64,000 bases of DNA, from positions 1-64,000 of the forward strand of contig JBEWZL010000198.1 of the NCBI GenBank assembly GCA_045837725.1, read 5' to 3'. Shown piece after piece: positions 21,081 through 36,783 of the stretch. The notes beneath the pieces are model-generated. The model did not search any database and was not told where the DNA came from. It saw only the letters and a program-made list of their open reading frames with translations. How positions within the stretch are numbered: position 1 is the stretch's first letter; every line of letters begins with the position of its first letter. Made by a program: the position numbers and the translations under genes. This DNA is from Vermamoeba vermiformis. Lineage: Eukaryota.

Positions 21081-24000
21081 ATGAAGCGCTTGAATATATT
21101 AAATAAGGGAACGCAGAAACATAAGGTAACGCCACCAGTCATTTTTAATTTTTTTAGGAACACGATCTGATCTGCATCGCATCCCAAGATCAATTCGGAT
21201 CCTCAAATTGACATTCCACAAAATATCACTATTTATTCAAATAACCATTTGTTGTTAAAATCGGCAGTTTGATTTTTGTCAGCTGGATCAGCAGTTGGCA
21301 CGATCGTGCAATTTAATTATTTAATTCAGACTCGCTTGCTAATAATTCCATATTTAGTTTCTGACTTTCGCCGAACGTCTCTCGTCGGTGAGCGTGGACA
21401 TTTTTCGCGCAGGCAAAGGAGCAGATGAGCGTGAAGTCCCCGAGGGAGCGTTATGTTATTTTGCAGAAGATCTCGACATGTGGGCTGATCGAAATTTAAC
21501 AGCAGAATTCCATCAAATGTATATAGCACTGAAACCAATGACAATGACACTTCCACTCCTCTTGCTGAATCTCAAGTCAGTGGTGGAGATCTTGGAGAAG
21601 TGTTTGAACGAGACGGAGCTCGCGACCCCGACAGGCCCCACTCGCAAAGACATGCACAACAGCGCCATTGAGCCCACATTCGCACTCGTACAGACCCTCG
21701 CACGCGATACTCGGCAACACTTGACTGAGTTCGTGCCGCGTCTGTTGCGCGCAGTGCTGCATCAGATTGCTAACGGCAGCGACACTGATGTGCTCGAACA
21801 GGGCTTTCAGACTGTAGCATACATGTTCAAGTACTTGCAGCGACAACTGCTAGCGGATGTCACTTCGTTGTACAAGTAAGTTATCACTTGCCTAATTAGT
21901 ACACGCACTGACTCCGTGCATGCAGAGACTACACCATGTATTTAGAGCACAAAAAGCCCTTCGTACGCGAGTTTGCAGCGGAGAGCTTTTCATTTTTGAT
22001 TCGCAAGCTGGAGAAATCTCGCTTGGACGAGTTATTCCGCGCCATCTTCACTGATTTGCAGTCACGCGATGACAACACGCAGAGTCTGCAAGATGGTCTG
22101 GTGCAGCTGTTCTTTCAGAGCGTGAAGGGTGTCAAGACGCACTTCAACAATCACGTGCAGCACATCTTCACCACGCTCTTGTCGCAGTTGCAGTCGTACG
22201 TGCGCGAGGAGGACGAGACTGGTACGTGTCACTCCACCCCCTGCACTGTACGGCACTGACTCACGCCTTCTATTCGCAGCTTGGCTCTCACGCAGTTACG
22301 TGATCAATGAAGTGGTGGCGGAGATGTGTGATCACGCGCGTGCTGAGGACAGCGGCCCCGTGCTGGAGTGCTTTACCACACTGTTCACTGAATTGCTGAC
22401 ACGTGATCTGGTCGTTCATGAACGCTACATGCGCGGACTGTTAACAGCACTGACGCGATGGATCACGCATCGTCGTGGCAGTCGTGTGACGGACAAGCCT
22501 GCCATGATTGCACTGCTGCAGCGCGTGATCGCACAGTGGCCTGCTGCAAACAAAGCCGCAGCCCTGGTAGACGAGACCCTGCACGCCGTGTCCGCCCTGA
22601 TCAGCGTGACCGATCAGAACACGCAACACAACGCACACTTGTCGCCGCTGGTGGCACTCTGCTTCACCAAATTGAGCCACACACCGCAGCACTTGTTTCA
22701 ATTTGCCACCACACTCGCTGCTAAAAATAACTTTGGACCACTGATGCTCGATCACGTGCTCAAGCTTGTGGATGTCGCCAAGCCCCCCGAGGGTACTTTG
22801 CCCTTTTTAGTGTCGCTGTTCCGTGCCGTGAACTGGGCCATGCTCGCGACACACAGCTCACATCGCGTGACCAATCAGCGCATCAAAGACACGCGGCACT
22901 TGTCACGGGTGTTGGGTGCACTCCTTGAACATTACAAGGGCCGCACTGAGGACGACGAACAGCTCTGGAATGCACTGCAAATATTGCAAGTGTTGCAAGA
23001 GAGCGCGACACATCTACCAGGGCTGCAAACACTGCTCACCCAGCTGCTGCACACCTCGCGCACCGATGCAGCAGTGCCGTGTCTGATCGCTGCCGTGCTG
23101 CTCTGTGCGCACCAAGTACTCGCCACTGCACACGACCAGAGCACACTCCGCACACAATGGCTGCAGCACGTGCTCGCGGCCCTGCACAAACACAGTCAGC
23201 ACGCAGGTGTGGTGCAAGCAGCGAGTGCGTGGATCAATGCGGAGAGTGTCGCGCTCGTGCAACAACGCACACAACTGCGCACACAGTTCACACCGCAACT
23301 CATCGCGCAACTGTTCGACAACCTCGCGCAGCATAGTACCGCTCTGCGCCGCAACACATTGGATCTGCTGCACCATTTGCAGCCGTGCACTGAGAGCTAC
23401 GCAGTGGCCCTGGTAGAGCTTTGCAGTCACGTGGAGCACAGTCCCCTCACAGCCACGGAGTCTAAAATTGTCGTGAAGCACATCGACAATGTGCGCGAGT
23501 ATTTGATTCGCCGTTCAGTGAACAGCACCGAGCGCGCTCTCATTTGCAGCTACATGCTCGGCACACTGCACATCAGATTTGCACCTATTTATCCAGCCAC
23601 CAATCAGGTGCTCGTCATTCTCGCACAACAAGACTTTGCGCAATTCTGGGAGCTATTTTTGCACCATTTGCAGCGTGGATTTGAGGCCCAGGACACGTAC
23701 TTGAAGCAACACGGGACACCTGCAAATGAAGCTGAGGACGAGGACGAGAATGACGACGAAGACGACGATCAGCCGCCAGCCCTCGAGAGCCCTACCAGCG
23801 AGTCAGAGGAGCACGTAACACCGTTCAGTGAAGCAGTCCACCAGGGCAGTGCACGCAGCGATGTCCAGGCCCTGACCACACACCTCGATCGACTCTGGGC
23901 CGTGTTGTTGGCCATGCCGCAGACTGTAGAGCGCCACTCACGCGTGTTGGTGCCGCTATTTTTAGACTTTTATCGCCGCTACTACGACGCCACAGTGACG

Positions 24001-27000
24001 GACGAGTCAGGGTCTGACTCGGGGTCAGAGGGAGTGACACGTGTCGCGGACAAGAAGTTGGTGCACGGCAAGCTGTGTCACTTCCTGTCACTGTTCGCGC
24101 AGTTCAAGAACGCCAAGTCCGTGCACCGCGCCAGCACGCTGTTGGCTATTTATAGAACACTGCTGCAGCGCAATCACATCAAGATCCAACAACTCGCGCT
24201 GCAGTGCATTGTAGGCTGGAAGTTCGAGTACCTCACGCCCTACAAAGAGCACTTGGAGCGCTTGATCGACGAGAAATCATTCCGCGAAGAGCTGGCCGTG
24301 CTCAAGTTTGGCGGCAGCGAGGACATGCACACGGAGGGGCTCGTCTTGCCGCAACACCGCGCTGCACTCGCGCCCGTGGTGATTGACATCCTCTATCCCA
24401 AACTCACCGCTCGCAAGGCACGCACTGGCAAGGTAAGCGAGGACTATATTTAGCGCGTGCAGTGCCACGTCTGACTTGCCTTATTTAGAAAACACTGCGT
24501 CAGAAGCGCGGTGCCATTCTGAACTACTTGTCGCTGCTGCACCGCAGTGAATTGGAGCACCTGTTTGCGCTATTATTAGCACCCTTCACTGCTCTGCTCG
24601 CGGACTCAGCGGCCCCTGCCCTCGCAGCCAGCATTGACGTGCACAAGCAAGAGGGCTACTTGAACATGCTCGAAGATCTCATCGATCACTTTGGTCAGGC
24701 CTTGCTGCCATTCGTGCCGCAGCTGTTCGTCATTACTTTGCGCTTGTTGCAGCACACCATCGAGACACGTGCCACTACCAAATCCGACAAGCAAGCCCTG
24801 ATTGAGAACTTGGCACTGCGTCGCATCATTGCACTCATGGACCACTACCGCACTCAACGCGCGCTGTTTGACACGCACCGTGCTGCACTCGCAGCCGTGC
24901 TCGTTCATGAACTGAATCGCTGGGAACGTTCCCTGGGTGGCACCAGCAGCGAGCAACACACGCCTGCCGTGCTGGAGTGGTGTCACGTGCTGCTGTCCGT
25001 GCAAGAAGAGGTGTCGCACACGCTGGTACACGTGGTGCTCGATGTGCAGACGGTGTTCATGACAGTACTCACGCGCACACTGCTCCACGTGCACCAGGGC
25101 GTGCATCAAGAGGCACTGCTGCACGTGCTCGAACAGCTCTTGGAACTGCGTGCCAGCAACAGCACGTGGGACCTCATCACCGCGCACATCGTGGCACTGC
25201 TCACCAGTCTCGAGACCTTCATTGCGCGCATCACTGCAGTCAAGGCACTGCCACGTCATCAAGCACGTGTCGCGCACTCGGACAACAGTCGCGCCCTGAC
25301 AGCACGCAGCTTGAGTGTGATTTCACAGCTGACCACACTCGCCGCGGACTTCGAGCAGTCGCATCGCATCATCAATCTGCTGCTGCCGTTCTTGAAGCCG
25401 CAGCATCGCCTCAGTGAAGACACCACACGTGACATTTTGACAGCTGTCAAACAGCTGCTCGAGAAGATGCGTGCAGACAATCCCCACAAGCGGAATTACT
25501 TGCAGCCCATTGCAGCCCTGCTCGAGCGCGATTATCCCGCACCACTGCGCGAGATGTTGGCGCACGTGTTGAGTGCCCTAGTGCCACGTGCCAGCAAGCT
25601 CATGAATGGCCTGACAGCGATCGATCGCTCACAACTCGGTGTCCCCAACTACGAAGCACGCTTGCAGTCGTATGCCGCGCTGAGCAGTGACGAGGTCGAT
25701 GCACCGCTGCAGCAGTTCAGCTACGAGGAGCTGTTGCCCGTGCTGCACATTGCCCTGCACGACCTCGCGTACAGCACAGATCTCTCGCTGCGCACTCAAG
25801 CCCTGCACTTGTTGACAGCACTCATCACGCGCACCGTGCAGCACACCACCCACGTGACTGTGACGGCGCTGCTCAACATTCTGTCCCCCGCCATTCGCCG
25901 TCAAATGAACAGCAGCAGTGTGGCAGCGCGCGGCGAGTACTTGGCGCTGTTCGTGGAGCTGATCAGAGCGCTGCCCGACCAGTACGTAGATCTCGTGCCG
26001 CTGCTCAGCTCAGACGACGAGGCCAACTTCTTCTACAACATCACGCACTTGCAGGTGCATCGTCGTCAGCGTGCCCTGGTGAGGTTTGCAACGTACTGCG
26101 AGAGCGGGGCGATGAAGAAGAACGTGTTGATGCACATCTTCTATCCACTCATTCGCCGCACCATGCTCGAGACTCCAAGCACGCAGCACCACTTGATCGA
26201 CGAGTGTGTCAAAGCCATTGCCGCCATCAGCAAGTGCGTGGACTGGCACGCGTACAAGCGCATCATCCTCACGCACCTCGCACTCCTGCGCACCATTCGC
26301 AGCAAAGCCAAGGCCGTGCAGCAGAAGAAGCAGCGCACTCCGCACCGAACACTGCTGCCCTCATGTCGCTCGACAAGCCCGTGATTCGATTGATTGTGCA
26401 TGTGATCGACAACTTCCACTTCGACATTGACACCTCCAAGGAGTTCGGAGATCAGTTGCCTAATTTGGAAGATGTGCAACGCGCCCTGGCCAAGACCGAT
26501 CGCCTGTTGAGCACGCAGACTGAAGCGAGCAGTGTGCAGCCAGTGAGTGGCAAGCAGCGCGTGTTGGAGCACGGCGAGGACGAACAACCGCCCGAGGACA
26601 ACGACCAGGGCGAGGACGACGAGGACGCGGAGTTGGAGGAGGACGAGAATGAGGACGAGGAGCACGTGACAGAGAAGAGCGCGCAGACACAGGCCAGTGA
26701 TTTGACGCGCAAACAACGCATGCAGCACGAGCTGTTGAACAGCGTGTTGCCCGAGCTGTACAAGTACCTCAAAGACGAGCACACGCGCGAGGTGATGCGT
26801 GTCCCTGTCGCACTCGCCATCGTCAAGCTGCTCAAGCTGATGCCGCTGCAAATATTCAATCTGCAAATACCCAAGTTGATGACGGAGGTGTGCAGCACAC
26901 TCAAGAGTCGCAGTCAGCTCGCACGTGATCAGACACGTGCCACACTCGTGCAGCTCGCAGCAGTGCTCGGTGCCTCACACTTCAACTTCATCGTGCAAGA

Positions 27001-29605
27001 GCTCGTCGATGCGCTGTCACGTGGCTATCAAGTGCACGTGCTCGGCTACACCACGCACTCGCTGTTGAAGCACATGGTTGAAGGCAATCACGTGACAGGC
27101 GGAGAAATCGACTACTGCGTGCCACTGCTGATGAAGATCATGCTCGAAGACATCTTTGGCACCGTGGCCGAGCAGAAAGAGGTCGACAAGATTGCTGGCT
27201 CGATGAAAGAGGCTGCACGCACGCAGAGCTACGACAGCTTCAAGCTGATTGGTCGCGTGATCAATCTCAAGCAGAGCATCAGTGCCGTGCTCACACCGCT
27301 CAGCGAGCTGGTCGAGGCAGCCACGGATATGGAGCAGGTCAAGAAGCTGCAAGAGATCTTCAAGCACTTGGCGCAAGGTCTGCACGCCAACAGCACGCTG
27401 CAGCTGACTGATCTGCTCGTGTTTGTGCACCGCACCATCAAGACCAATCTGCGCGCCTATCAGGACCAGCAGAGCAAGACCAGCCAGTACGTCTCGACCA
27501 GTGCCATCAAGCGCGGCGAGGCCAAGTTCTGGATTGAGCCCGAGCCTCGCAAGACGCGCGAACAGAGCGCAGTGACGACGAGCAATCAACATCTGCTCAT
27601 CAATTTTGGACTGCAAGTGCTGGTGCTGACCGTCAAGTCCTCGGAGCTGATGCAAGCCAACAACGTGGAGCACTTGCAGCTGTTGGACCCATTCGTGGCA
27701 CTGCTGCACGACACACTCAACTCGCGCTTTGATCGCGTGCTGGTGACCACACTCAAGACCATGGGCTACTTGCTCAAGATGCCGCTGCCTGCCTGGAGCA
27801 CGCGCATTGAAGGCGTGACGGCGCGCATCTTCTCGCTGCTGGAGAAGAGCAATCCGCAGAGTGAACTGGCGCAGTACTGCTTCAAGGCGCTGACGGTGAT
27901 CATTCGCGATCAGAAGCAGCACACGATCAGCGACAAGCAGCTCAATCTCTTGCTCGATCACATCCGCACTGACCTCGCAGAACTCGCCAATCAAGGCATC
28001 ACCTTCCACCTCCTCAAGGCCATCGTGTCGCGTCGTCTCTTGTCGCCGCAGATCTACGACATTATGCACGTGTTGTCCACAGAGCTGTTGCTGTCCAGTC
28101 CGCTGCCCAGTGTGCGTCAGAACAGTCAAGTCATCTTCATGCAGTTCTTGCTGCACTATCCCCTCGGCGAGCAGCGCTTGCAGCAGCACTTGGACCTGCT
28201 CCGCCAAGCACTCACGCACCACCCTTACGCGCAGGCACGTGGCAGCGTGTTGGAGATGCTCGAGCAGATCTTCACGCACTTCCCGCAAGAGGTGATTGAA
28301 GGCAAGGCCGAGTACTTCTATCTGCCCCTCGTGCTGGCACTCGGCAATGAGAGCGAGACTCAACAGCGCGCCATGCTCAGTCACGTGATCAAGAGACTGT
28401 TGCAGGCCATCACCTTGAACAGACTGCACGCCCTGCTCGAAGTGACTATTGAGTGGTTCTCCGATGACACGCAGCGCAGCTTGCAGAGAACCGCTGCCTT
28501 GCTGCTCGGTCTGTTCGTGGAAGTGCACTGGAAGAGCGTGGAGAATGTGTTGAGCACGGTGTTGACACGTGTCACTGCTGTCATCACCGAACACGTGCAA
28601 CAGCTGCAAGACGAGGACGAAGAAGACAGCAGCAGTAACTGGGAGCAGTTGTACTCGGTGCTGCTGCTGTTGGAGAAGATCAGCACTGCCGCACCGCAGC
28701 TGATGGTGAGCAGTGAGTGGCAGGACTACTGGCTCAATCTGCACGCGCTCTTGTTGCACCCGCACCAGTGGATTCGCACCATCACTGCACGCCTCTGGGG
28801 CCTGTACTTTGCCCAGCGAGGCAGCAAGGGACTGCAGCCCTTCACCCCGCACAGCACAGATCTGCTCATGCGTCCTGGTCTGCTGTTCCACGTCGCGCAA
28901 GACATGTGCAAGCAGATGCAGAGCCAGTACTTGACTGAGACCCTGGCCGAACAGATCATCAAGAACCTCGTGTTTGTGGGACAGCTGTTCTACAAGTACC
29001 CTGAACTCACTGCTGTCAGTCGTGCCAAGCGCGACACTGACGTTGTGGAAGAGGAGGACGAGAATGAATTGGAGGACGAGCACGTGACTGCCAACCAATC
29101 AGAGAAGGGCAAGAAGCCACTCCCGCCCTTGGAGTGGATCTTCCGTCGCCTGTCGTACATGGCGCGCAAAGAAGAAGGACACAAGAAGCGCGTCATCTTC
29201 CAGTGGTTCGCAGCAATGGTGACACAGCTCGATGACGTCACGCCGTACCTCATCTCGATGCTCAATCCGCTCTATCGTGTGGTCGACAACAAAGACACGG
29301 CGCATTCAGCGAGTGAGCGCGAAATTCGCATCTTGGCCAATGAAGTCGTGAATATGATCAAGAAGAAGGTCGGCACCATGCCATTCCTCAAGGCCTATGA
29401 ATTTGTGCGCGATCGAGTCAGCAAGGTGCGTGGCGAGCGAAAAGAGAAGCGAAGAATTGAATTCGTCGTCGACCCGCGCAAAGCTGCCGCACGCAAGATC
29501 CGCAAAAATGAGCAGAAGAAAGAAGCTAAAAATAGAAAGCGAAAGTGGACCCCGACTTACAAGAACAACAAACAACAGCACAACAAGAAGCAACGCACTT
29601 CTTAA
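21081..29605 (+). CDS. UTP20: U3 snoRNP/SSU processome HEAT-repeat protein UTP20
   Basis: Spliced N-terminus FLTFAERLSSVSVDI, FVREFAAESFSFLIRK, YLTPYKEHLERLIDEKSFREEL, NFFYNITHLQVHRRQRAL, RGYQVHVLGYTTH, basic C-terminal tail. One apparent frameshift near 26.34 kb. Confidence 0.93.
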
Positions 29606-29690
29606 TTTTTGAAAACTGCGAAATAAACCTGTAAATAGTTGCAATCATTATAAGCGGAATATTTATACTGTACAAGCGCTACAATGAGCA

Positions 29691-31172
<1,482 letters not shown>

Positions 31173-31231
31173 TTAAAAAACGATGGTTTGTGTTTATATA
31201 CAAAAAATAACAATTAGAACTGCATCTGAGT

Positions 31232-33613
31232 TCACATCCAGTCCTTGACGTCCTCGCATGTCCAAGCAGGTCCTGATTCATATCGATATGCTTTCTTCGT
31301 CTCAACCCTCTCGGCCATAGTAACAGCTTGCATGCTCTTGATCGAGTTCGGTGGCAGCAGTCCCTCCGACACCGCGTGCTTGCATGTGTACGCAATCAAG
31401 CGGGCCATGTGCTCGTTGTTGCCCTCACGCTGCACATGATTGATTAGCACTCAGTCATCGCACAGCATGGCAATACTCACCGCCCATATGTTGCCCCAGT
31501 AACGCTTCCAGCGGTAATTGCGATACACTTCCGAGGCGAGTTCAGTGGGCTTTGTCTCGGCCCAGTCATACGTGCTCGGACTCGGATGATACATGACACG
31601 CCACATGTCCACGTGACTGCCGTTGTGCAATTCTGCAAAGATTGCAGGCCACTCAGGGAAGGAGCAGGGTGAGGGTGCAAACAGACGCCAGTACTGATCG
31701 ATCTTGAATGTGTAGGCCACTTGACGCGCGCCAGGACTCATCGACACCCAGCCGAGGTTGTACATGTTCCACCACGTCAAGTACACGACCATAAAACCTG
31801 CAAAGATGCGCACTGGACGACTAGAAGGATGAGGCTTAGGGCTGCGGCGTGTGTTCGTGGCACGTGCTGGGCCTAATTTAGCTTGACGATCACGTGCTCG
31901 ACAATACGCCACCACTCGACGTGGCAGAGTGACACGACGCAACAAGTTGAAGAGCACGGGGGACCAGAACAGACCGAGCACTGAGTGCGTGAACACGAAT
32001 TGCCAGAACTCAAAGCCCACGTGCTTGACTCCACGTGCATCTTCGACCCAAAATTGGTGCTGTCTATATTTGGTGATGCATTAATAAAAATAATGAATCA
32101 GCGTGTTATACGTACTTGGCTGCAAATGAACGACCTGACTCGACATCGGCATTGACACCTGTCACTTCTTGCTCCGCACTGTCTGACACGTGTCCAGATG
32201 TGACAGGACCAGCAACCACGTGATCATGAGGGAACAAAAATGTGTGAACGAGGCGAATGACCCACTCGCCACGTGACATGTGCAGCATGAACTCGAGACT
32301 GTTCTTAGACTCGCTGTCTTCAGTCCAATTCTCCGCTGCCAGCCAATGCAATTTAACGCCGCGCTGTCTGTCAAATCGAGCGCGGAACAATCTCGTCATC
32401 AGATCCCAAAACAGAGGTGGCAAAGTGATCGAGACGACTGCAATGCAAAACCACGGGAAAATGCCGAGTGTCATCATCACGATGAAGCCTGCGTGCAGTG
32501 CTGCAATGCCTGCCACTCCGAACAATCGCAGCCTACATCGCACTGGTCAACAGATATGTAATTGGGGTTAATTGTTCCGCTTACCATTCGGAGACAGGTC
32601 CGAAGAACAAGAAGAACGGAATGAGAATTTCCAAATACAGCACACTGAATGTCATCATGCGTGCCAGACCACTCGGCAACAGGCCACGCGCGAAGAGACC
32701 AATGCGATTGATGAACGAGTCACACTGCAACACCTTCTCCAGGGCTGTGTACCTAAAAATAGTGTCAGTGGACGCAACACTCGGAATGACACGTGTCATA
32801 CTCAGTACTCCATTCAGGGCCAGTCTTGACCACACCACTCGCATAATAACACCAAAATATCTGTGCCATCACTGCGAGTGTGCCCACACTGCCGAATCTA
32901 AATTTAGCGCCGCTTTGACCTGTCACCTCGTCATCATTGCGACGACTGGCACCGAACGATGCTGCATTTAATGGTCAGATTGCACTTGAAAGTGACAGGT
33001 GTCATCAGGACTTACACTCTCGTTTGGGGTAATGGCGTTGCAGTGCGTAGTCGACGGAATAATATGCTCCGAGCGGAACAAAACAAGCGAAGAACAAAAT
33101 GCAGCGCAAATATCTGTCACCTGCAAGAGGCATTAGTTATGTCGAGTGTCAAACGCTGTTCGTACCTCCATCGAGAACCAATTCATTGCGCGTATGAAGT
33201 GATGAATAGAGCACGTAGATCATAATAATATGGCGCTGTGATTTGTAGCCAATCAGCAGCAGACAACAGATCACAATCATAACACCGAACCACAGCAAGG
33301 CAATCTTATCCTCGCTGCTCATCAGGAACAAACTAGTGATGCCACCACTTTTCATAAGATTCCATGCTGGTACGAGACCGCTGGACTGAATGATGGAAAT
33401 TATTATTAAATTTCAAAAATCATTTTTAATTAATTATGCCGCTCTGTTGAAGGGTTCATAACTTACTGAATAGAACATATGGAAGTCTCGTAATCGCAGA
33501 AAAATGTCCATTAATAAAAGAAATGACAGTGCAATTCGAAACAGCGCAATGGATCTCAGATCCATTTCAACCGAACGACGCACCATGCCAAACACTTTAC
33601 GGGCAGTCTCCAT
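31232..33613 (-). CDS. HTTM-domain multi-pass membrane protein (vitamin K-dependent carboxylase-related superfamily)
   Basis: MDLRSIALFRIAL...DIFLRLRDFHMFY, SSLHTRNELVLDG, LHAGFIVMMTLGIFPW, IDQYWRLFAPSP, YRNYRWKRYW. Confidence 0.75.
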
Positions 33614-33823
33614 GCTAAATATATTAGACTTGCCTTGTGTGTTGAATTGGCATCAGAAGTTGTAACGAATGTCTCAGCTGACCGAATACAAAGGAATGGT
33701 TCACTGAACAACGAAATCAAACAATTATTTCAGTGAACAGTGACTCAGAGATGCATAACTACAGGTAAGGAAAGTATTATTTATATCAATGAAACATGTG
33801 CACTTTCGTTGCGTTCCATCGTC

Positions 33824-34658
33824 TTAGAGACGTTTTCTAAGTCTTGAAGCAAACCCGCCTGCAGGGCTCGGTGAGAACAAATAGATAAACCTGTATAGAA
33901 CCTATTAGCACCCTTTCGATTGTATAATTAAAGTGTTTGGTGTTTTGATAGCAGAAAACAAGAGAGGAATGTACCTTAAAGGCGCGGTGCTGGATCTGTT
34001 GACGAGTCTGTGACGACAGCCCTGAGGTACCCAACACGATTGATTAGGTCCTAATATAGTAGTGATATTCAGCCACTCCTCACTTGATGTTGAGTCGTTG
34101 TTCTGCGCAACAGTGGCCTGCTGCTCGTTGTTTGAGACAAATACTTCGGCCTCACCGTCCAAAAACAGGAACTGAATAACAATAATATACTATTAGCTAC
34201 ATATATATGTATGTGATTCAGAGCACTAATATTACCAGCTCGTCAGTGTCGGTGTGATGGTGCCAAGGCACCTCACTGTTTGGATCCACCACCTGTCAGT
34301 GTGTTAGTGCAACGTAAAGCCTAAATACATATATATATAGTGCAATATTAAGTACCTCAATGCCCATCTCTACGTGTTCGCTCTCAATCAGTGGTGTAAC
34401 ACGACGAGGAGGGCCAGGCAACTCAATCCACTCCCGCGCAGAGGAATAATACTTGTCCGTCTTATTATTCGCCACTACGTCCTTAATTATATCAATAGTA
34501 GGCTGATTTAGACCCTTCAGCAAGCGTGTAAATGTAGACTCTGCTGCTGGTAATGTATTTGAAGCTACAAAGCTGTTGAATACATTGTACAGCGGTGCGT
34601 TATGCGAAGATTTCCAAGAACTAATTATTTTAAAATTAGGACAATTGTTGAGTCTCAT
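33824..34658 (-). CDS. Cupin-domain protein
   Basis: Spliced EMGIEVVDPNSEVPWHHHTDTDE...FLDGEAEV...GPNQSCWVPQGCRHRLVN, i.e. cupin motifs 1 and 2. Start codon uncertain. Confidence 0.75.
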
Positions 34659-34986
34659 CTCCGAATTAAATGTCGGATCAGAGCCCTATTTACCTGATTG
34701 TGAGTTTAGTCGCCATTTTCAAGCCTCTGTTAGTTGCAGACAATATGGACATAACTAGTTGTCGACTTGAGTTTGAGAAACTGAAAGTGAATCAATCGTG
34801 AGAGACTTCTGGTCGCGTGCTCAGAGATCTCCGCCGAGTTAATAGATTGACATCGCCTGTTATTTAATTCCAGCTCAATACTCGCATCTGAATTCTGCAG
34901 CTTTTTACAAAATCGGAAAGGTACTTTTTCGTTTTTTGTTTTTGGCTTCGTTTTGTTCGCTAATTGTCTGAACAGAGCAACAGATC

Positions 34987-36618
34987 ATGTCTAAGGCTGT
35001 AGCTATTGTCGTGTTATTAGCAGTGTTGTGCGCTGTGCACGCTAAAGTCAACTTTGGATCGCTTGTTACCGCCGATAACTGGCATTACATTGGCAAGTTC
35101 TGCTATTCGAATATCAATGCTACTGGTGACTATGGAGCTAATGGATCATTGAATTACACTATTACCACCACCAACAAGAACTTAACTTTGCTGATTTACC
35201 AAGATTACGATCCTTCACCCGACAGAGATCTTGGTGATTGGGACCCTGTTTATGACAACGATACTATGTCATGCACTGAGAAGCAGTCTCGTGTTATCCC
35301 TGGTGCTATTTTCTATATTCCTGAAGGTGGAGGTGCGTAACGATCAACCAAAATATCTTGCTGGTTTCCTTTATATTACGAAGCACTAGCATTATTAAAA
35401 TACTGCAAAAATATTACCTGCAGTATATCTACATTTTTTTCGGTTAACTATTTTATTTTCATAAATAAGAAAATTACTTTGAAGATCGGCTTTGTGCTTT
35501 CTTTTGTCTTTGCTAGCAGATTAATTTAGTTTATATTATACAGCCAGTGGTCTCGTTCTCACTGCCGAGCACAACCGTCCTCGTTACTTCCACGTCGCTG
35601 TTGCGGATTGCAGCAGCACGAATGGTATTAACATTGGTGCCTTCCAAATTATCTACTTGCAAGATCCTTTGACTTGGGACCGTCAATTCTCCTACGACGA
35701 GCAAGGTACAGCATTGCAGGAATTCCAGATGTGATCAGATCTGTTAATCACTTATTATTAGGCTTGTTGCAGTTGCACGTCGTCTACTTCATCTTCTACT
35801 GCTTGTTGATGGGTGCCCACATCTATGGTACTCTCGAATTTATTCGCAAGGACGCTTACCACCCCGTACGAACAAACTAACCCGATTGCATTCTCGTAAT
35901 CTAATTGTTATTAACGCAGATCTTGCGCATCTTGACCTCCGCTATTGCCCTCGAATTGTTGAGCGACTTTTGCATGATGATTCACTACGCCGTGTACAAG
36001 AACGACGGTCTCGGTGTGTCTGGCATGCAAGCTCTCGGCACCTTGTTCAACATGGGCGCTGAATTGATGCTCATCTTCATGTTGATCCTCATTTCCAAGG
36101 GCTGGGCCATCACCAGCAACTACTTGCCTGACCGCAACCCAATCTTGATTGCCATTGGCGTGCTCTTCGTCTCTTACATGATCCTCTTCATTTGGGACAA
36201 GGCTGGACGTGACCCCGCCTCCACTCTCTACTTCTACGAGTCTGTACCGGGCATCTTCGTGCTCATCTTCCGCGTCTTGGCCTTTGGCTGGCTCGGCTGG
36301 TCCCTCCGCACCACGCTCACCTTGGAGACCTTGCCCGAGAAGCGCAGATTCTACGCTGCTTACGGCATTGCCTCCACTGCTTGGTTCTTGTTGCTGCCGC
36401 TGTTCGTGATCATTATCACTGGTGTTCCAGCCTGGTACCGCGCTAAGACCATTGAAGCCTTGGCCTCCACACTCAACTTTGTTGCCGTGGCGACCTTTAC
36501 TTTCTTGTTGTGGCCCTCGCGCGCAGCTGACTACTTCACCATCAAGCCCACCAACACCCTCATCAGCGAGGAAGGTGAGCCCAACACTTCTTACGGTACT
36601 AGTGGTAACGATCTCTAA
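34987..36618 (+). CDS. GPR180/TMEM145-like 7TM protein with signal peptide
   Basis: Signal peptide, WHYIGKFCY, RPRYFHVAVADC, QFSYDEQG, HYAVYKNDGLG, LILISKGWAIT, YFYESVPG, PEKRRFY, FLLWPSRA. Confidence 0.85.
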
Positions 36619-36783
36619 ACTTGCTATATTATAACCAAATAAACACGACATCGGTGCTGAGCACTGATTTAAAAATACTACGGCGGTTGTTATTATGGAA
36701 ACAGATTTTATTAACAAACAGGAGCAGTACTGTAGACAGATTAGGTCCGAGTACTGACACTAAGAAGGATATTCAATTGGCGC

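Noticed and set aside
26320-26360. Frameshift splitting UTP20
   Set aside because: Single-base discrepancy in a normally essential gene with both halves intact; most likely a sequencing error.
27017-29098. 693-aa antisense ORF, and similar long antisense ORFs over REV3, CSE1 and the GPR180-like gene
   Set aside because: Shadow frames from GC-rich codon bias on the sense strand; no recognisable protein features.
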